From the NCBI GenBank assembly GCA_963749075.1, contig CAVVLJ010000020.1, positions 608,001 to 672,000 on the forward strand: a stretch of DNA of 64,000 bases, in the 5' to 3' direction. Origin of the DNA: an uncultured Pseudomonadota bacterium. GTDB lineage: Bacteria; Pseudomonadota; Alphaproteobacteria; JACZXZ01. Positions 36,993 through 47,414 of the stretch are shown piece after piece (position 1 is the stretch's first letter; each line of letters opens with the position of its first letter). A model generated the notes under the pieces. It was not told where the DNA came from, made no database searches, and saw only the letters and a program-made list of their open reading frames with translations. Made by a program: the position numbers and the translations under genes.

Positions 36993-38088
36993 TCTTGCCG
37001 CGCGCCGCCACCCGCCACACGGCCTCGACGCGCCCGGCGCGCATTCCCACGATCTCCTCGTGGAGATGGACCGTGGTGTCGGAGTAGCCCACGATCAGCT
37101 CGAGCCGCTCGCCGATCCGCGGCGCAGCACTCGGCTGCTCGAGCTCGATCTTCATGTGCTCGGCGGAAAGCCGCATGGCGGCGATCGCCGGCAGTCCGAG
37201 CGGCTGCGGCATGGCCGCATCGCCGCTCATGGCCTTCCGCCCGGCATCGAGCACGATGCGGGTGGGCGTGGGCCGGCTCGTCACCGTGGCGAGCACGGTG
37301 AGGGCGGTGGGGAAGTCGGCGTGATAGTGCGTGCGGTAATGCATGTCGCTGAAAATGGCGCCGCCGACCTGCACCTCGGTCACTCCGGGGTGCTGCGCGC
37401 AATAGGGAAAGGTGCCGGTGCCGCCGCAGCTCACGATCTCGATGGCATGGCCCGCCTCGCGGCAGGCTTGCGCGCTCGCGGTGAGGCGGAGAATCGCGTC
37501 CGCCACCGCGCGCGCCTTCTCCGCCGGATCGGCGATGGTGGTGGCGTGGCTCTCCCAGGCCACCAGGCCGGCGAGGCGCAGGCCGGCGTGCTGCGCCACC
37601 GCGTTGGCCAGCGTCACCACCGCGGCACCCGGCTCCACCCCAGCGCGGTTCATGCCGATATTGACCTCGATCGCCACCTTGAGCTCCTTGCCCCGGCGCT
37701 CGCTGGCCTCGGCCAGCTCGGCGAGATTGGCGATGCTGTCGACGCCCACGATCGGATCGGCATGCAGGGTGAGCTCCATCAGCCGCTCGATTTTCGCTGC
37801 CCCGACGATCTGGTTGGCGATGAGGATGTTGCGGATGCCCGCTGCGGCCATGACCTCCGCTTCGCTCACCTTGGCGCAGGTGACGCCGATGGCGCCGGCG
37901 GCGAGCTCCTTATGGGCGATCTCGGGCGTCTTGTGGCCCTTCATGTGCGGGCGCCAGCCGACGTTGTTCGCGCGGCAGGTATCCGCGATGCGCCTGATGT
38001 TCGCCTCCATCACGTCGAGATCGACGAGGAGTGCGGGCGTGTCGAGCGCCGTCTTCGGTAGGCCGACCAACGTCTCGGCTGCGCACAT
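36985..38088 (-). CDS. Fold-type III PLP enzyme (D-threonine aldolase/DSD1 family)
   Basis: DTPALLVD, RPHMKGHK, CAKVSEAE, GGTGT, LSAEH. Confidence 0.85.
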   Translation of the reverse strand: MCAAETLVGLPKTALDTPALLVDLDVMEANIRRIADTCRANNVGWRPHMKGHKTPEIAHKELAAGAIGVTCAKVSEAEVMAAAGIRNILIANQIVGAAKIERLMELTLHADPIVGVDSIANLAELAEASERRGKELKVAIEVNIGMNRAGVEPGAAVVTLANAVAQHAGLRLAGLVAWESHATTIADPAEKARAVADAILRLTASAQACREAGHAIEIVSCGGTGTFPYCAQHPGVTEVQVGGAIFSDMHYRTHYHADFPTALTVLATVTSRPTPTRIVLDAGRKAMSGDAAMPQPLGLPAIAAMRLSAEHMKIELEQPSAAPRIGERLELIVGYSDTTVHLHEEIVGMRAGRVEAVWRVAARGKIK

Positions 38089-38097
38089 GATGTCCTC

Positions 38098-39132
38098 CTA
38101 GCCCGTGACGACGGGTGCGTGGAGGCCGGCCGCCCAATAGGCGTGCTCGACGAGCCTCAAAGTTTCGAGATTGTCGGCGGGACCGGTCTCGAACGCGGCG
38201 CCGCTCCCGAGGCATGCGACGAAGTGCGCGATCACCCCGTCGAAGCTCGCCTGGTAGCCCGCATCCGCGTCGTAGCTCTCCGCGCGCGGCCGGGCGCCGA
38301 TGAGGCTCAGCTCGCTGCCGTCCAGCACGGCGCTCGCCTTGCGGCCGATGAGCTCGAGGCGGTCCTGGCCGCGCGGCGGAAAACCGGGTGCCGCCATGTT
38401 GCCGCTCACCACCATCGGCGCGCCGGCAGCACTCTCGAGGAAGACCGTGGCGAGGGTCTCGCCCTTGACCTCGTCGATCGTCCGCGCCGCGCGTGCGCCG
38501 ACGACGCGCAGGGGGCCGGCGAGCCAGCGCATGACGTCGAGCTGATGGATGAGCGACTCGGCGATGAGGAACCGCCGCTCGTTCGCCATGAAGGGCTGCC
38601 GTACGAGGGCCGGGCGCCGTCCGCTCGCATCCGGCAGCAGGCCCGACGAGGTCGCCACCAGCTGCCCCGCGCTGAGCTCGCCGAGCTCGCCTGCCGCGAG
38701 CCAGGCCTTGAGCGTGCGGTACCAGGGGCGGAAGCGCCAGTTCTCGTGCACCATGAGCCGCACGCGGCCGGCGAGGCGGCGGACCAGCGCCTCGGCCTCG
38801 GCGAGCGTGGGTGCCAAGGGCTTCTGGCACAGCACGTCGATGCCGCGCCCGGCCGCCGCCTCGACCCAGAAGGCGTGCGTCTCGCGCGGCGAGGCGACGT
38901 CGAGCGCGTCGATGTCCTCGCCATCGAGCATGGCTTCGGCACTCTCGTAGGCTTTGGCGATCTCGAACTCGCGCGCGCGGGCGCGTGCGCGCACCGGATC
39001 GGGATCGAAGACCGCGACGAGGCGCACCGCGCCGCCGAGCGCGCGCCAGGCGGTGAGGTGGAAGTGGCTGATCATTCCGGCGCCGGCGAGTGCCACGCGG
39101 AGCGGTTGCGAGCGGTCGCGGGTTTTGCTCAT
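38098..39132 (-). CDS. Gfo/Idh/MocA sugar dehydrogenase (D-apiose dehydrogenase-like)
   Basis: GAGMIS..HL.AW, LCQKPLA, MVHENWRF, IHQLD. Confidence 0.85.
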   Translation of the reverse strand: MSKTRDRSQPLRVALAGAGMISHFHLTAWRALGGAVRLVAVFDPDPVRARARAREFEIAKAYESAEAMLDGEDIDALDVASPRETHAFWVEAAAGRGIDVLCQKPLAPTLAEAEALVRRLAGRVRLMVHENWRFRPWYRTLKAWLAAGELGELSAGQLVATSSGLLPDASGRRPALVRQPFMANERRFLIAESLIHQLDVMRWLAGPLRVVGARAARTIDEVKGETLATVFLESAAGAPMVVSGNMAAPGFPPRGQDRLELIGRKASAVLDGSELSLIGARPRAESYDADAGYQASFDGVIAHFVACLGSGAAFETGPADNLETLRLVEHAYWAAGLHAPVVTG

Positions 39133-39961
39133 GAGCTCACCTCGCCGAAGCCGAAGAGCCGTATCGGATTGCGCCAGAAGAGGCACTCCCGCGCGTCCGC
39201 GTCGCCGAGCCAGCGGTCGACCGCCTCGAGCGCCGCGGCATAGCGGAACCCGCCGGGCACATTGACGAACGGCCAGTCCGAGCCCCAGACGCAGCGCTCG
39301 ATGCCGAAGGCCGCGATCGCCGCCTCGGCGAAGGGTGCGAGGTCCGCGTAACGGCCAAGGTCGCGCGAGATGCGGAAGGGTGCGGAGAGTTTGACGGCGG
39401 CGTTGCCTTCGCGGCCGAGCCTGAGGACGGCCTGAAAGCCGGGCCGCTCGACCCCGCCCGCCAATTCGCGCACGCCGAAATGGTCGACCAGCACCTTGAC
39501 TCCGGCATTGTGCAGAAGGCGGGCGAGCTCCGGCCATTGCTCGTCGTGGGCATAGACCTGCACGAACCAGCCGAGCGCCTTGAGGCGCTGGAGGAAGGGC
39601 TGTGCCGCCGGCCGGGCGAGCGCCTCGCGGTCGTAGCTCACGAGGTTGAAGCGCACGCCGACGATGCCCGCTTTCGCGAGCGCCTCGAGCTCGGCCTCCG
39701 GCGTCGCGGGGTCGAGCACGGCGATCGTCTTGAAGCGGCCGGGGTAGGCCGCCATGGCATCGAGCAGGGCCGCGTTCGCATAGCCGTAGCAGCTCGGCTG
39801 CACGAGGAGCGCGTGGGCGACGCCATGGGCGTCGAGCACGGCTGTGAACTCCTCGCGCGTGCCGGCTTCGTCGGCCAGCGGCTTGTAGCCCGGACCGTCG
39901 ACGTAGGGAAAGCGCACGGGATCGACCACGTGCGCATGGCAATCGATGATGCGCGCCGCGC

Positions 39962-39965
<4 letters not shown>
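39129..39965 (-). CDS. Amidohydrolase_2 family lactonase (LigI-like)
   Basis: DCHAHV, VQPSCYG..N, GVRFN, DHFG, VKLSAPFR, WGSDWP. Confidence 0.85.
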
Positions 39966-41089
<1,124 letters not shown>

Positions 41090-41123
41090 GTCGGTCCCGT
41101 TGCTCTCCTGTGGTCCCGGGCGG

Positions 41124-41966
41124 CTAGCGGACGGCGCCCGCCGTCATGCCCCTGATCATCGTCTCGGAGAAGAAGGCATAGAGCAGGATGATCGGCGTGA
41201 TTGCGATCATGAGGCCGGTTGCGAGCATGCCGATATCGAGCTGGTGGCTGCCCATGAAATGCATGATGCCGAGCGGCAAGGTGCGCTTGTCGTCGTCGGT
41301 CAGCAGCACGACGGCGTAGAGGAACTCGTTCCAGAGGATGATGAAATTGAGGGTGACCGCGGTGAAGATCGCCGGCGTGCCGATCGGCAGCGTGATGCGC
41401 CAGAAAATCTCGAAATCCGAGTAGCCGTCGATGCGCGCCGCATCGAACAGATCCTGCGGTATCTGCGCGAAGAAGCCCTCGAGAATGTAGACCGTTATCG
41501 CGAGATGGGCGGCGACGTAGACGAGGATGAGGCCCGTAAGCGTGTTGTAGAGGTCGAACTCGAGGAGAATCTGGAAGAGCGAGAGGATGAGAAGCTGCGG
41601 CGGCAGGATCAGGCCCGAGAGGATGACGAAGCGCGCGAGCCGGTTCCCTCGGAACTGATAGCGCGCGAGGCAATGCGCGGCCATGGCGCCGATGACGGTG
41701 AGAAAGAAAACCGCGGTAACGACGACGATGGTGCTGTTCCAGAAATAGGTGCCGTAGTTTGAGCGCGTCCACGCCTCCGCGAACTTCTCCCAATGGAACG
41801 GGCTCGGAAACGCATAGGGATGCGCGAATATCTCGGGCGTCGTACGTAGCGACATGGACGCCACCCAGAGAAAGGGCCCGCCCGCGAGCACCGTATAGAG
41901 CAAAAGGAACAGGAGCAGCGGCGCGCGCCGCAGCTGAACGAGCCAAGGGCTCCCGGACGCCGTCAT
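41124..41966 (-). CDS. Carbohydrate ABC transporter permease
   Basis: DAARIDG EAA-like loop, WNEF, multiple TM segments. Confidence 0.92.
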   Translation of the reverse strand: MTASGSPWLVQLRRAPLLLFLLLYTVLAGGPFLWVASMSLRTTPEIFAHPYAFPSPFHWEKFAEAWTRSNYGTYFWNSTIVVVTAVFFLTVIGAMAAHCLARYQFRGNRLARFVILSGLILPPQLLILSLFQILLEFDLYNTLTGLILVYVAAHLAITVYILEGFFAQIPQDLFDAARIDGYSDFEIFWRITLPIGTPAIFTAVTLNFIILWNEFLYAVVLLTDDDKRTLPLGIMHFMGSHQLDIGMLATGLMIAITPIILLYAFFSETMIRGMTAGAVR

Positions 41967-41970
41967 CGCC

Positions 41971-42915
41971 TCAATACTCCAGGCGATCGCGGGAGTGTAA
42001 GAAGTGCGTCATCGCGAAGACGAAGGCGAGGATGATGACGAACCAGAGGACCGCGATCGCCGATGGGTAGCCGAGATCGAAGGTATTCCAGTCGAAGGCG
42101 CGCTTGTAGACGTAGGTCGACACCGTCTCGGTCGACCACAGCGGGCCCCCGCCGGTCATGATCCAGACGAGATCGAAGATCATCATCTTGCCCACGAAGG
42201 AGAGAATGAGGAGGTTCACGATCGTCGGCCGCAGCATCGGGATGACGATGTAGACGAGCTTGGCGAGCCAGCCGCAATTGTCGAGCGCGGCCGCACCCAG
42301 CACCTCCGCCGGCAGCGCGTAGAGGGCGGCGAGGAAGATGATCATGTTGAATCCGAGCCATTTCCAGATGTGCGTCGCCATCACCGACCACAGCGCGGTA
42401 TGGGGATCGCCGAGCCAGGACTGCTCGAAGGCACCGAGGCCGATCGAGCGCAGGATGAGGTTGGCGAGGCCCCAGTCGTAATCGTAGATCCACACCCAGA
42501 TGATGCCGACCACGACGTAGGACATCAGCACGGGCGTGAACCAGACGACCCGCAACAGCTTTGCGAGCGGCGCACCGGAGAAGAGGCAAAGGGCGAGGAG
42601 CAGGCCGCCCGAGACGTCGACGATGGTGGCGACGACGGTAAAGATCGCGGTGTTGCCGACCGCCTTCCAGAACACGGCATCGCTGAGCAGGAGTGCGCGG
42701 AAATTGGCGAGGCCGACGAACGTCTGGACGTTGTGGGGCCCTATCGTGTGGATGCTGTTCCAGAAGGTGCGCAGCACCGGATAGACGATGAAGCTGGCAT
42801 AGAGAAGGAAGGCGGGTGCCAAGAAGACGAGGAGAGTCGCGGGGCGCGCGTGGCGCACGCCCACCTCCGCCTCGCGAGCGGCGCGCCTCCGAAGCCTCGC
42901 GAGGCGCGCCGCCAC
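41971..42915 (-). CDS. Carbohydrate ABC transporter permease
   Basis: FVGLANF, AALDNC loop, MTGGGP, GYPSA. Confidence 0.92.
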   Translation of the reverse strand: MAARLARLRRRAAREAEVGVRHARPATLLVFLAPAFLLYASFIVYPVLRTFWNSIHTIGPHNVQTFVGLANFRALLLSDAVFWKAVGNTAIFTVVATIVDVSGGLLLALCLFSGAPLAKLLRVVWFTPVLMSYVVVGIIWVWIYDYDWGLANLILRSIGLGAFEQSWLGDPHTALWSVMATHIWKWLGFNMIIFLAALYALPAEVLGAAALDNCGWLAKLVYIVIPMLRPTIVNLLILSFVGKMMIFDLVWIMTGGGPLWSTETVSTYVYKRAFDWNTFDLGYPSAIAVLWFVIILAFVFAMTHFLHSRDRLEY

Positions 42916-42946
42916 CGCCGTCCCGTGTGCCCGCGCGGCAGCCCGC

Positions 42947-44245
42947 TCAGCCCTTGTAGCAGCCCTCGTTCATCTTCTTCGCCGTCTCCTCGACCGAGAG
43001 CAGGCCGCCGGGGAAGGCGCTGTTCAGCACCTGCGAGAAGGTGTCCTTGCACTTGCCCTGCATCAGATCGAGCGGTCCGCCGATGAAATAGTCCTCCCCC
43101 TTCTGGCGCGCCATGAGCTCGGTGAAATAGGCGGCGTGCGGGCCGGAGAAGGTTTTCACGTCGGCCTTGATGCCGGTCTGGAGATAGACCGTCTCGATCC
43201 ACATTTTGCCCATCTCGGGCGTCGACATCGCATCGAGGAACTCGGCGGCGATCTTCTTATGCTTGCTCGCAGCATTGATCGCAAAGCTGGCGCCGATATC
43301 CGAGGTCTTGCAGTTGTTGCAGGCGCCGCCGTCCATCGCCGGATATTGCATGATGCCGAGCGGGAAGTCGGGCGGCTGGCCACCCTTATCCACGGGCACG
43401 AAGGCGCGGCCGGTGTACCAGCTGCCCATCGGCAGCATCAAGGAGCCGGGATTCGAGTAGAAATAATAGTGGGACTCGCCGAGCTTCAAGGTCATGAAAT
43501 TCTTGGGATAGGCGCCCGCGTCGACGAGCTCCTTGGTCCATTTGAGGACGGCGATGACGCGCGGGTCCTCGAACGACAGCTTGCCCGTCCACAGCTTCCT
43601 ATAGTCGTCCTTGCCGAGCTTGCGGAGGAGCGCCTCGCCGACGATGTAGGCGCCGGGGTAGGGCCGGTCGCCGACGCCCTGCGCGATCGGCGTGATCCCG
43701 GCCGCCTTGGCCTTCTTGACGAGATCGAGGAACTGCGCCTGGGTGAATTGCTCGTTGGCCGGCAGCTCGACCCCGAGCTTCTTAAGGAGCGCCTTGTTGT
43801 AATAGAGCTCGTTGGTGTAGGCCTCCTGCGGAACCCCGTAGGTCTTGCCGTTGTGGACCCAGACCGCGCGCGCCCAGGGTTCGATGTTGTTCCAATTGAC
43901 GAGATCGTCGAGCGGCGCCAGATAGCCGGCCTCGACATATTCCGTCCAATCCGGCTCGACGTAGAAGACGTCGGGCCCCTGGCCGGCCGGAAGTGCTGTC
44001 TTCAACGCGGCCAGCATCGGGTTCTTCTCGTACCAGGTGATCTTGACGTGGACCCCCGGATGCGCGGCCTCGAGATTCTTGGCGGCCTTCTCGCGGAAGG
44101 CGACCTTGGCGTCCTCGTCCGCCTCGTGGCTCCACACCGTGAGCGTTACGTCCTCGGCCCGCGCGCTCGGCGCCAGTGCGCAAAAGCCGACCGCCGCGAC
44201 AAGCGCCGCGAGCGCAGCGCGTCGCGTTGCAAAGCGTCCCGTCAT
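42947..44245 (-). CDS. Carbohydrate ABC transporter substrate-binding protein
   Basis: Signal peptide (TRRAALA..ARA), GPDVFY, LYYNK; head of the ABC operon. Confidence 0.9.
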   Translation of the reverse strand: MTGRFATRRAALAALVAAVGFCALAPSARAEDVTLTVWSHEADEDAKVAFREKAAKNLEAAHPGVHVKITWYEKNPMLAALKTALPAGQGPDVFYVEPDWTEYVEAGYLAPLDDLVNWNNIEPWARAVWVHNGKTYGVPQEAYTNELYYNKALLKKLGVELPANEQFTQAQFLDLVKKAKAAGITPIAQGVGDRPYPGAYIVGEALLRKLGKDDYRKLWTGKLSFEDPRVIAVLKWTKELVDAGAYPKNFMTLKLGESHYYFYSNPGSLMLPMGSWYTGRAFVPVDKGGQPPDFPLGIMQYPAMDGGACNNCKTSDIGASFAINAASKHKKIAAEFLDAMSTPEMGKMWIETVYLQTGIKADVKTFSGPHAAYFTELMARQKGEDYFIGGPLDLMQGKCKDTFSQVLNSAFPGGLLSVEETAKKMNEGCYKG

Positions 44246-44363
44246 CGTTCGCCCCCTCGTCAATTGCTTCGTTCTGGCCATGGCCGGCAGGCCGCTCGTC
44301 GCCGCCTTCCTCCCCGGGCCCCGGCGTTTCCGTTGCCGCGAGCAACGATAGGCTCTACGATCG

Positions 44364-44411
44364 ATTGAAACAAATTGATTTAATGGCCGGTAATCGATAG
44401 GGTTTTCCAAT
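44364..44411. promoter_or_regulatory. LysR recognition/activation sites in the divergent promoter
   Basis: AT-rich T-N11-A-like elements ATAGggttttcCAAT (44397-44411) and ATTGaaacaaaTTGA (44364-44378). Confidence 0.5.
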
Positions 44412-44413
44412 CT

Positions 44414-45319
44414 ATGAGGACTTCGCTGGGTCAAATCGAGGCGTTCTATTGGATCGAGCGGCTGGGCAGCTTTCGCGCCGCCGCCGTCCAGCTCAACCTG
44501 ACCCAGCCGACCGTCAGCCTGCGCATCAGAAGCCTCGAGCGCTCGCTCGGCCACCGCCTTTTCGAGCGCGCCGGCCGCCGGGCGCGGCTGACGGCCGAGG
44601 GGGTGGCGCTGCTGCCGCTCGTCAGGCGGCTGGTCGATCTCGCCGAGCAGGTCTCGACGCACCATGCCTCGCACGACCCGCTGCAGGGCCGCCTCAGGCT
44701 CGGTGCCCCTGCCAGCTTCGCATTGAGCTGCATGGCGAACCTCCTCGGCGACCTCAGGAAGGAATATCCCGAGCTCACCGTGGCCCTGACCGTCGACAAC
44801 AGCGTCGAGCTGTCCCGCAGGCTGAACGCCCGCGAGCTCGATCTCGCCTTCGTGGTCGACCCGGAGGTCGAGCCCTTCGTGCGGGTCGAGGCGCTCGGCA
44901 CGATGCCGCACGTCTGGGTCTCCAGCCCGCGGCTCGGACTGGGGGCGGGCTGGCTGGAGCCGAGGGACCTCTTGGGCTTCCATGTCTTCACCCATCCCGA
45001 GCCGTCCGGCTTACGCGTGCTGGTGATGAACTGGTTCGCCTCCGCCGGGCTCGAGCCGCAGCAGCTCAGCACGTGCAACGACCTCTCGGTCATCGTTCGC
45101 TTGACCGCGGCCGGCGAGGGGGTGGCGCTGCTGCCGCTCGCCATCCTCAGGAGCGAGCTGCGCTCCGCGGCGCTCGCGGTGCTCAGGACCCGGCCGCAGA
45201 CGGAGCGCCCGCGGCTCTATGCCGCCTATCTTGTGGACAAGGCCGGGCGGAGCGTGAATACGGTGCTCGAGACGGCGCGCCGGGTCATCGTCGGCTCCGA
45301 TCTCGTCTCGAGCGCGTAA
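44414..45319 (+). CDS. LysR-type transcriptional regulator
   Basis: GSFRAAAVQLNLTQPTVSLRIRSLE HTH; divergent from the ABC operon. Confidence 0.93.
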   Translation: MRTSLGQIEAFYWIERLGSFRAAAVQLNLTQPTVSLRIRSLERSLGHRLFERAGRRARLTAEGVALLPLVRRLVDLAEQVSTHHASHDPLQGRLRLGAPASFALSCMANLLGDLRKEYPELTVALTVDNSVELSRRLNARELDLAFVVDPEVEPFVRVEALGTMPHVWVSSPRLGLGAGWLEPRDLLGFHVFTHPEPSGLRVLVMNWFASAGLEPQQLSTCNDLSVIVRLTAAGEGVALLPLAILRSELRSAALAVLRTRPQTERPRLYAAYLVDKAGRSVNTVLETARRVIVGSDLVSSA

Positions 45320-45368
45320 CGCAATTGCGGCACCCTCGCAGGTGCCTGCGATGGGGAGGTGTCGGTCC

Positions 45369-45812
45369 ATGACGAACGGGATGAGGAACCCCGGCACTCC
45401 GGCGCCAGCTGCCGCCGCCGATGCCGAGGCGGCGGCGGCCTTCGAGCAGCTCCCCCTCCTCGTCGCCGCCGACGTCCGGCTCGCCCACCGCGCCCGCCAT
45501 CTCGCGGTCGAGTGCCTCATCGAGATCGGTGCCGTGCCGTTCTACGCCGCGATCGCCCAGGGCAGGCTCGAGGCACTCGAGCGCGGCCCGCTCCTCATGC
45601 GGCCGTGGCGCTTCGCGGTCCGCGCCCCGGCGGCTGCGTGGCTCGCCCTCTGGCAGCCGGTGCCGGCACCCGGCTGGCACGACCTCATGGCGCTGGCCAA
45701 GCGCGGCGAGGCGAGGCTCGAGGGCGACCTCCATCCGCTCATGGCGAACCTGCAGTATTTCAAGGACGTCTCTGGCGGCACCCCGCCGGCTCTTCGCGGA
45801 GGCCTCCCATGA
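45369..45812 (+). CDS. Hypothetical SCP2-like protein (C-terminus possibly frameshifted near 45770)
   Basis: W.FAVRA..W, PGWHDL.AL, RLEGDLHPLMANLQYFK; GGAGGT SD; coupled to the hydrolase gene. Confidence 0.6.
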   Translation: MTNGMRNPGTPAPAAAADAEAAAAFEQLPLLVAADVRLAHRARHLAVECLIEIGAVPFYAAIAQGRLEALERGPLLMRPWRFAVRAPAAAWLALWQPVPAPGWHDLMALAKRGEARLEGDLHPLMANLQYFKDVSGGTPPALRGGLP

Positions 45813-46672
45813 CGGCGGAGATTGAGCCCATCGTCGGCCGCTACGCGCGCATCGAGATCGGCGGCCGGCCGCACCGCATCTATTTCGAGGAGAGCGGTGC
45901 CGGCATCCCGCTCCTCTGCCTGCATACGGCGGGCGCCGACGGGCGGCAGTGGCGCCATCTCATGGTCGATGCCGAGGTGACGCGGCACTTCCGCGTGCTC
46001 GCCTTCGACATGCCGTGGCACGGCAAGTCGAACCCGCCGGCGGGCTGGGAGAAGAGCGAGTACCGCCTCACGACGGCGCTCTATGCCGAGATGGTGCGCG
46101 CCTTCTCGAAGGCGCTCGCGCTCGAGCGGCCGGTGGTGATGGGCTGCTCGATCGGCGGCCGGCTGGTGCTGCATCTCGCCGTCGCGCACGCCGCGGAGTT
46201 CCGCGCCTTCATCGGCCTCGAGGCAGCCGACTTCCAGGCGCCGTGGTACGATACCGACTGGCTGCACCGCGCCGACGTGCACGGCGGCGAGCTTTGCGCC
46301 GCCCTCGTCTCGGGCCTCGTCGCCCCGCAAAGCCCCGCCGAGTTCCGCCACGAGACGCTCTGGCACTACATGCAGGGCGGCCCGGGCGTGTTCAAGGGCG
46401 ACCTCTATTTCTATCGCGTCGACGGCGACCTGCGCGGCGAGCTCGGGCGCATCGACACCAAGGCGGCGCCGCTCTTTCTCCTGACGGGCGAGTACGACTA
46501 CTCCTGCGAGCCCGCGGATACGCTGAGGACGGCGGCGGCGATCGCGGGCGCCGAGGTTAAGGTGATGAAGGCGCTCGGGCACTTCCCGATGAGCGAAAAC
46601 CCGGCGCAGTTCCGCGCCTATATCCTGCCCGTGCTCGAGAAGATCCGCGCGCTCGGGGCGCCCGCCGCATAG
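45809..46672 (+). CDS. Alpha/beta hydrolase
   Basis: LHTAGADG, DMPWHG, GCSIGG nucleophile elbow, GEYD, GHFPMSE. Confidence 0.88.
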   Translation: MTAEIEPIVGRYARIEIGGRPHRIYFEESGAGIPLLCLHTAGADGRQWRHLMVDAEVTRHFRVLAFDMPWHGKSNPPAGWEKSEYRLTTALYAEMVRAFSKALALERPVVMGCSIGGRLVLHLAVAHAAEFRAFIGLEAADFQAPWYDTDWLHRADVHGGELCAALVSGLVAPQSPAEFRHETLWHYMQGGPGVFKGDLYFYRVDGDLRGELGRIDTKAAPLFLLTGEYDYSCEPADTLRTAAAIAGAEVKVMKALGHFPMSENPAQFRAYILPVLEKIRALGAPAA

Positions 46673-46677
46673 CCGCA

Positions 46678-46700
46678 GCGCCGCCCTTCCAGGGCGGCGC
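46678..46700. terminator. GC hairpin between convergent genes
   Basis: GCGCCGCCC-TTCCA-GGGCGGCGC; no clear U-tract. Confidence 0.45.
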
Positions 46701-46740
46701 CGTCAGCGAGCCGCGCTATTTCCCGCTCGCTCCGGCGATG

Positions 46741-47154
46741 TCACCTGGGCGGCGCCGCGGGAACCTGACGCCAGCCCGTGTTGCAGGTCTGGACGTAGGG
46801 ATAATAGCCCTTGGAGCTGTCGCAGTAGTACCAGGTCTGCGCCGTCGACGGCGCCGGAGCGGCCGCAGGGGCCGACGGCTGCTGGATCACGGTGACCGGT
46901 GCGGCGGGCTCATACGCGTAAGGGTAGTAGCCGGGGTAGTAGTAGGGCCAGCCCCACCAGGGAGCCAGGCCGGCGCCCCAACCCCCGCCGCAGCACCAAC
47001 CGCCGTGCCACCCGCCGCCGCCGTGCCACCCGCGGGCGGCATCGGCCGGAGCAACGGAGCCCGCAACAAAGAGCACGCCCGCGGCCAGCATGAGAGCTGC
47101 GCAGATACGGCCGAGAGCTCGGAGCGAACGCGACGCTTTTGCGGTGATCGTCAT
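46741..47154 (-). CDS. Secreted Gly/Trp/His- and Pro/Tyr-rich small protein
   Basis: Signal peptide, GWHGG repeats, C-terminal WYYCDSSKGYYPYVQTCNTGWRQVP. Confidence 0.75.
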   Translation of the reverse strand: MTITAKASRSLRALGRICAALMLAAGVLFVAGSVAPADAARGWHGGGGWHGGWCCGGGWGAGLAPWWGWPYYYPGYYPYAYEPAAPVTVIQQPSAPAAAPAPSTAQTWYYCDSSKGYYPYVQTCNTGWRQVPAAPPR

Positions 47155-47414
47155 GGCATGATCCTCTGGCTTCCTACCTCAGGACGCACGTGGCTGCCGG
47201 TCTCACTTCCCGCCCCCGCCCTCGCAAAGCGGAAGGCGTTGCCGAGATTGTAATCTGGTACATTTGCCGTTGCGAATCAAGATGAGGGGCCCCCGCGGGT
47301 GCATGTTCGCCGCCGACATCGCCAAGAGTTTCCTCGAAGCGGCGATTGCCGCCAGTGACCGCGATCACAGGCAGCACCTGATCGTGGGCGTGCGCTAGCC
47401 GGGCGCCGCCTGTC

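Noticed and set aside
26430-37000. Prophage or integrative element explanation for the island
   Set aside because: No integrase, transposase, phage genes, tRNA or flanking direct repeats seen
47282-47398. 38-codon ORF MRGPRGCMFAADIAKSFLEAAIAASDRDHRQHLIVGVR
   Set aside because: Too short, no clear SD or family match; at most a gene remnant
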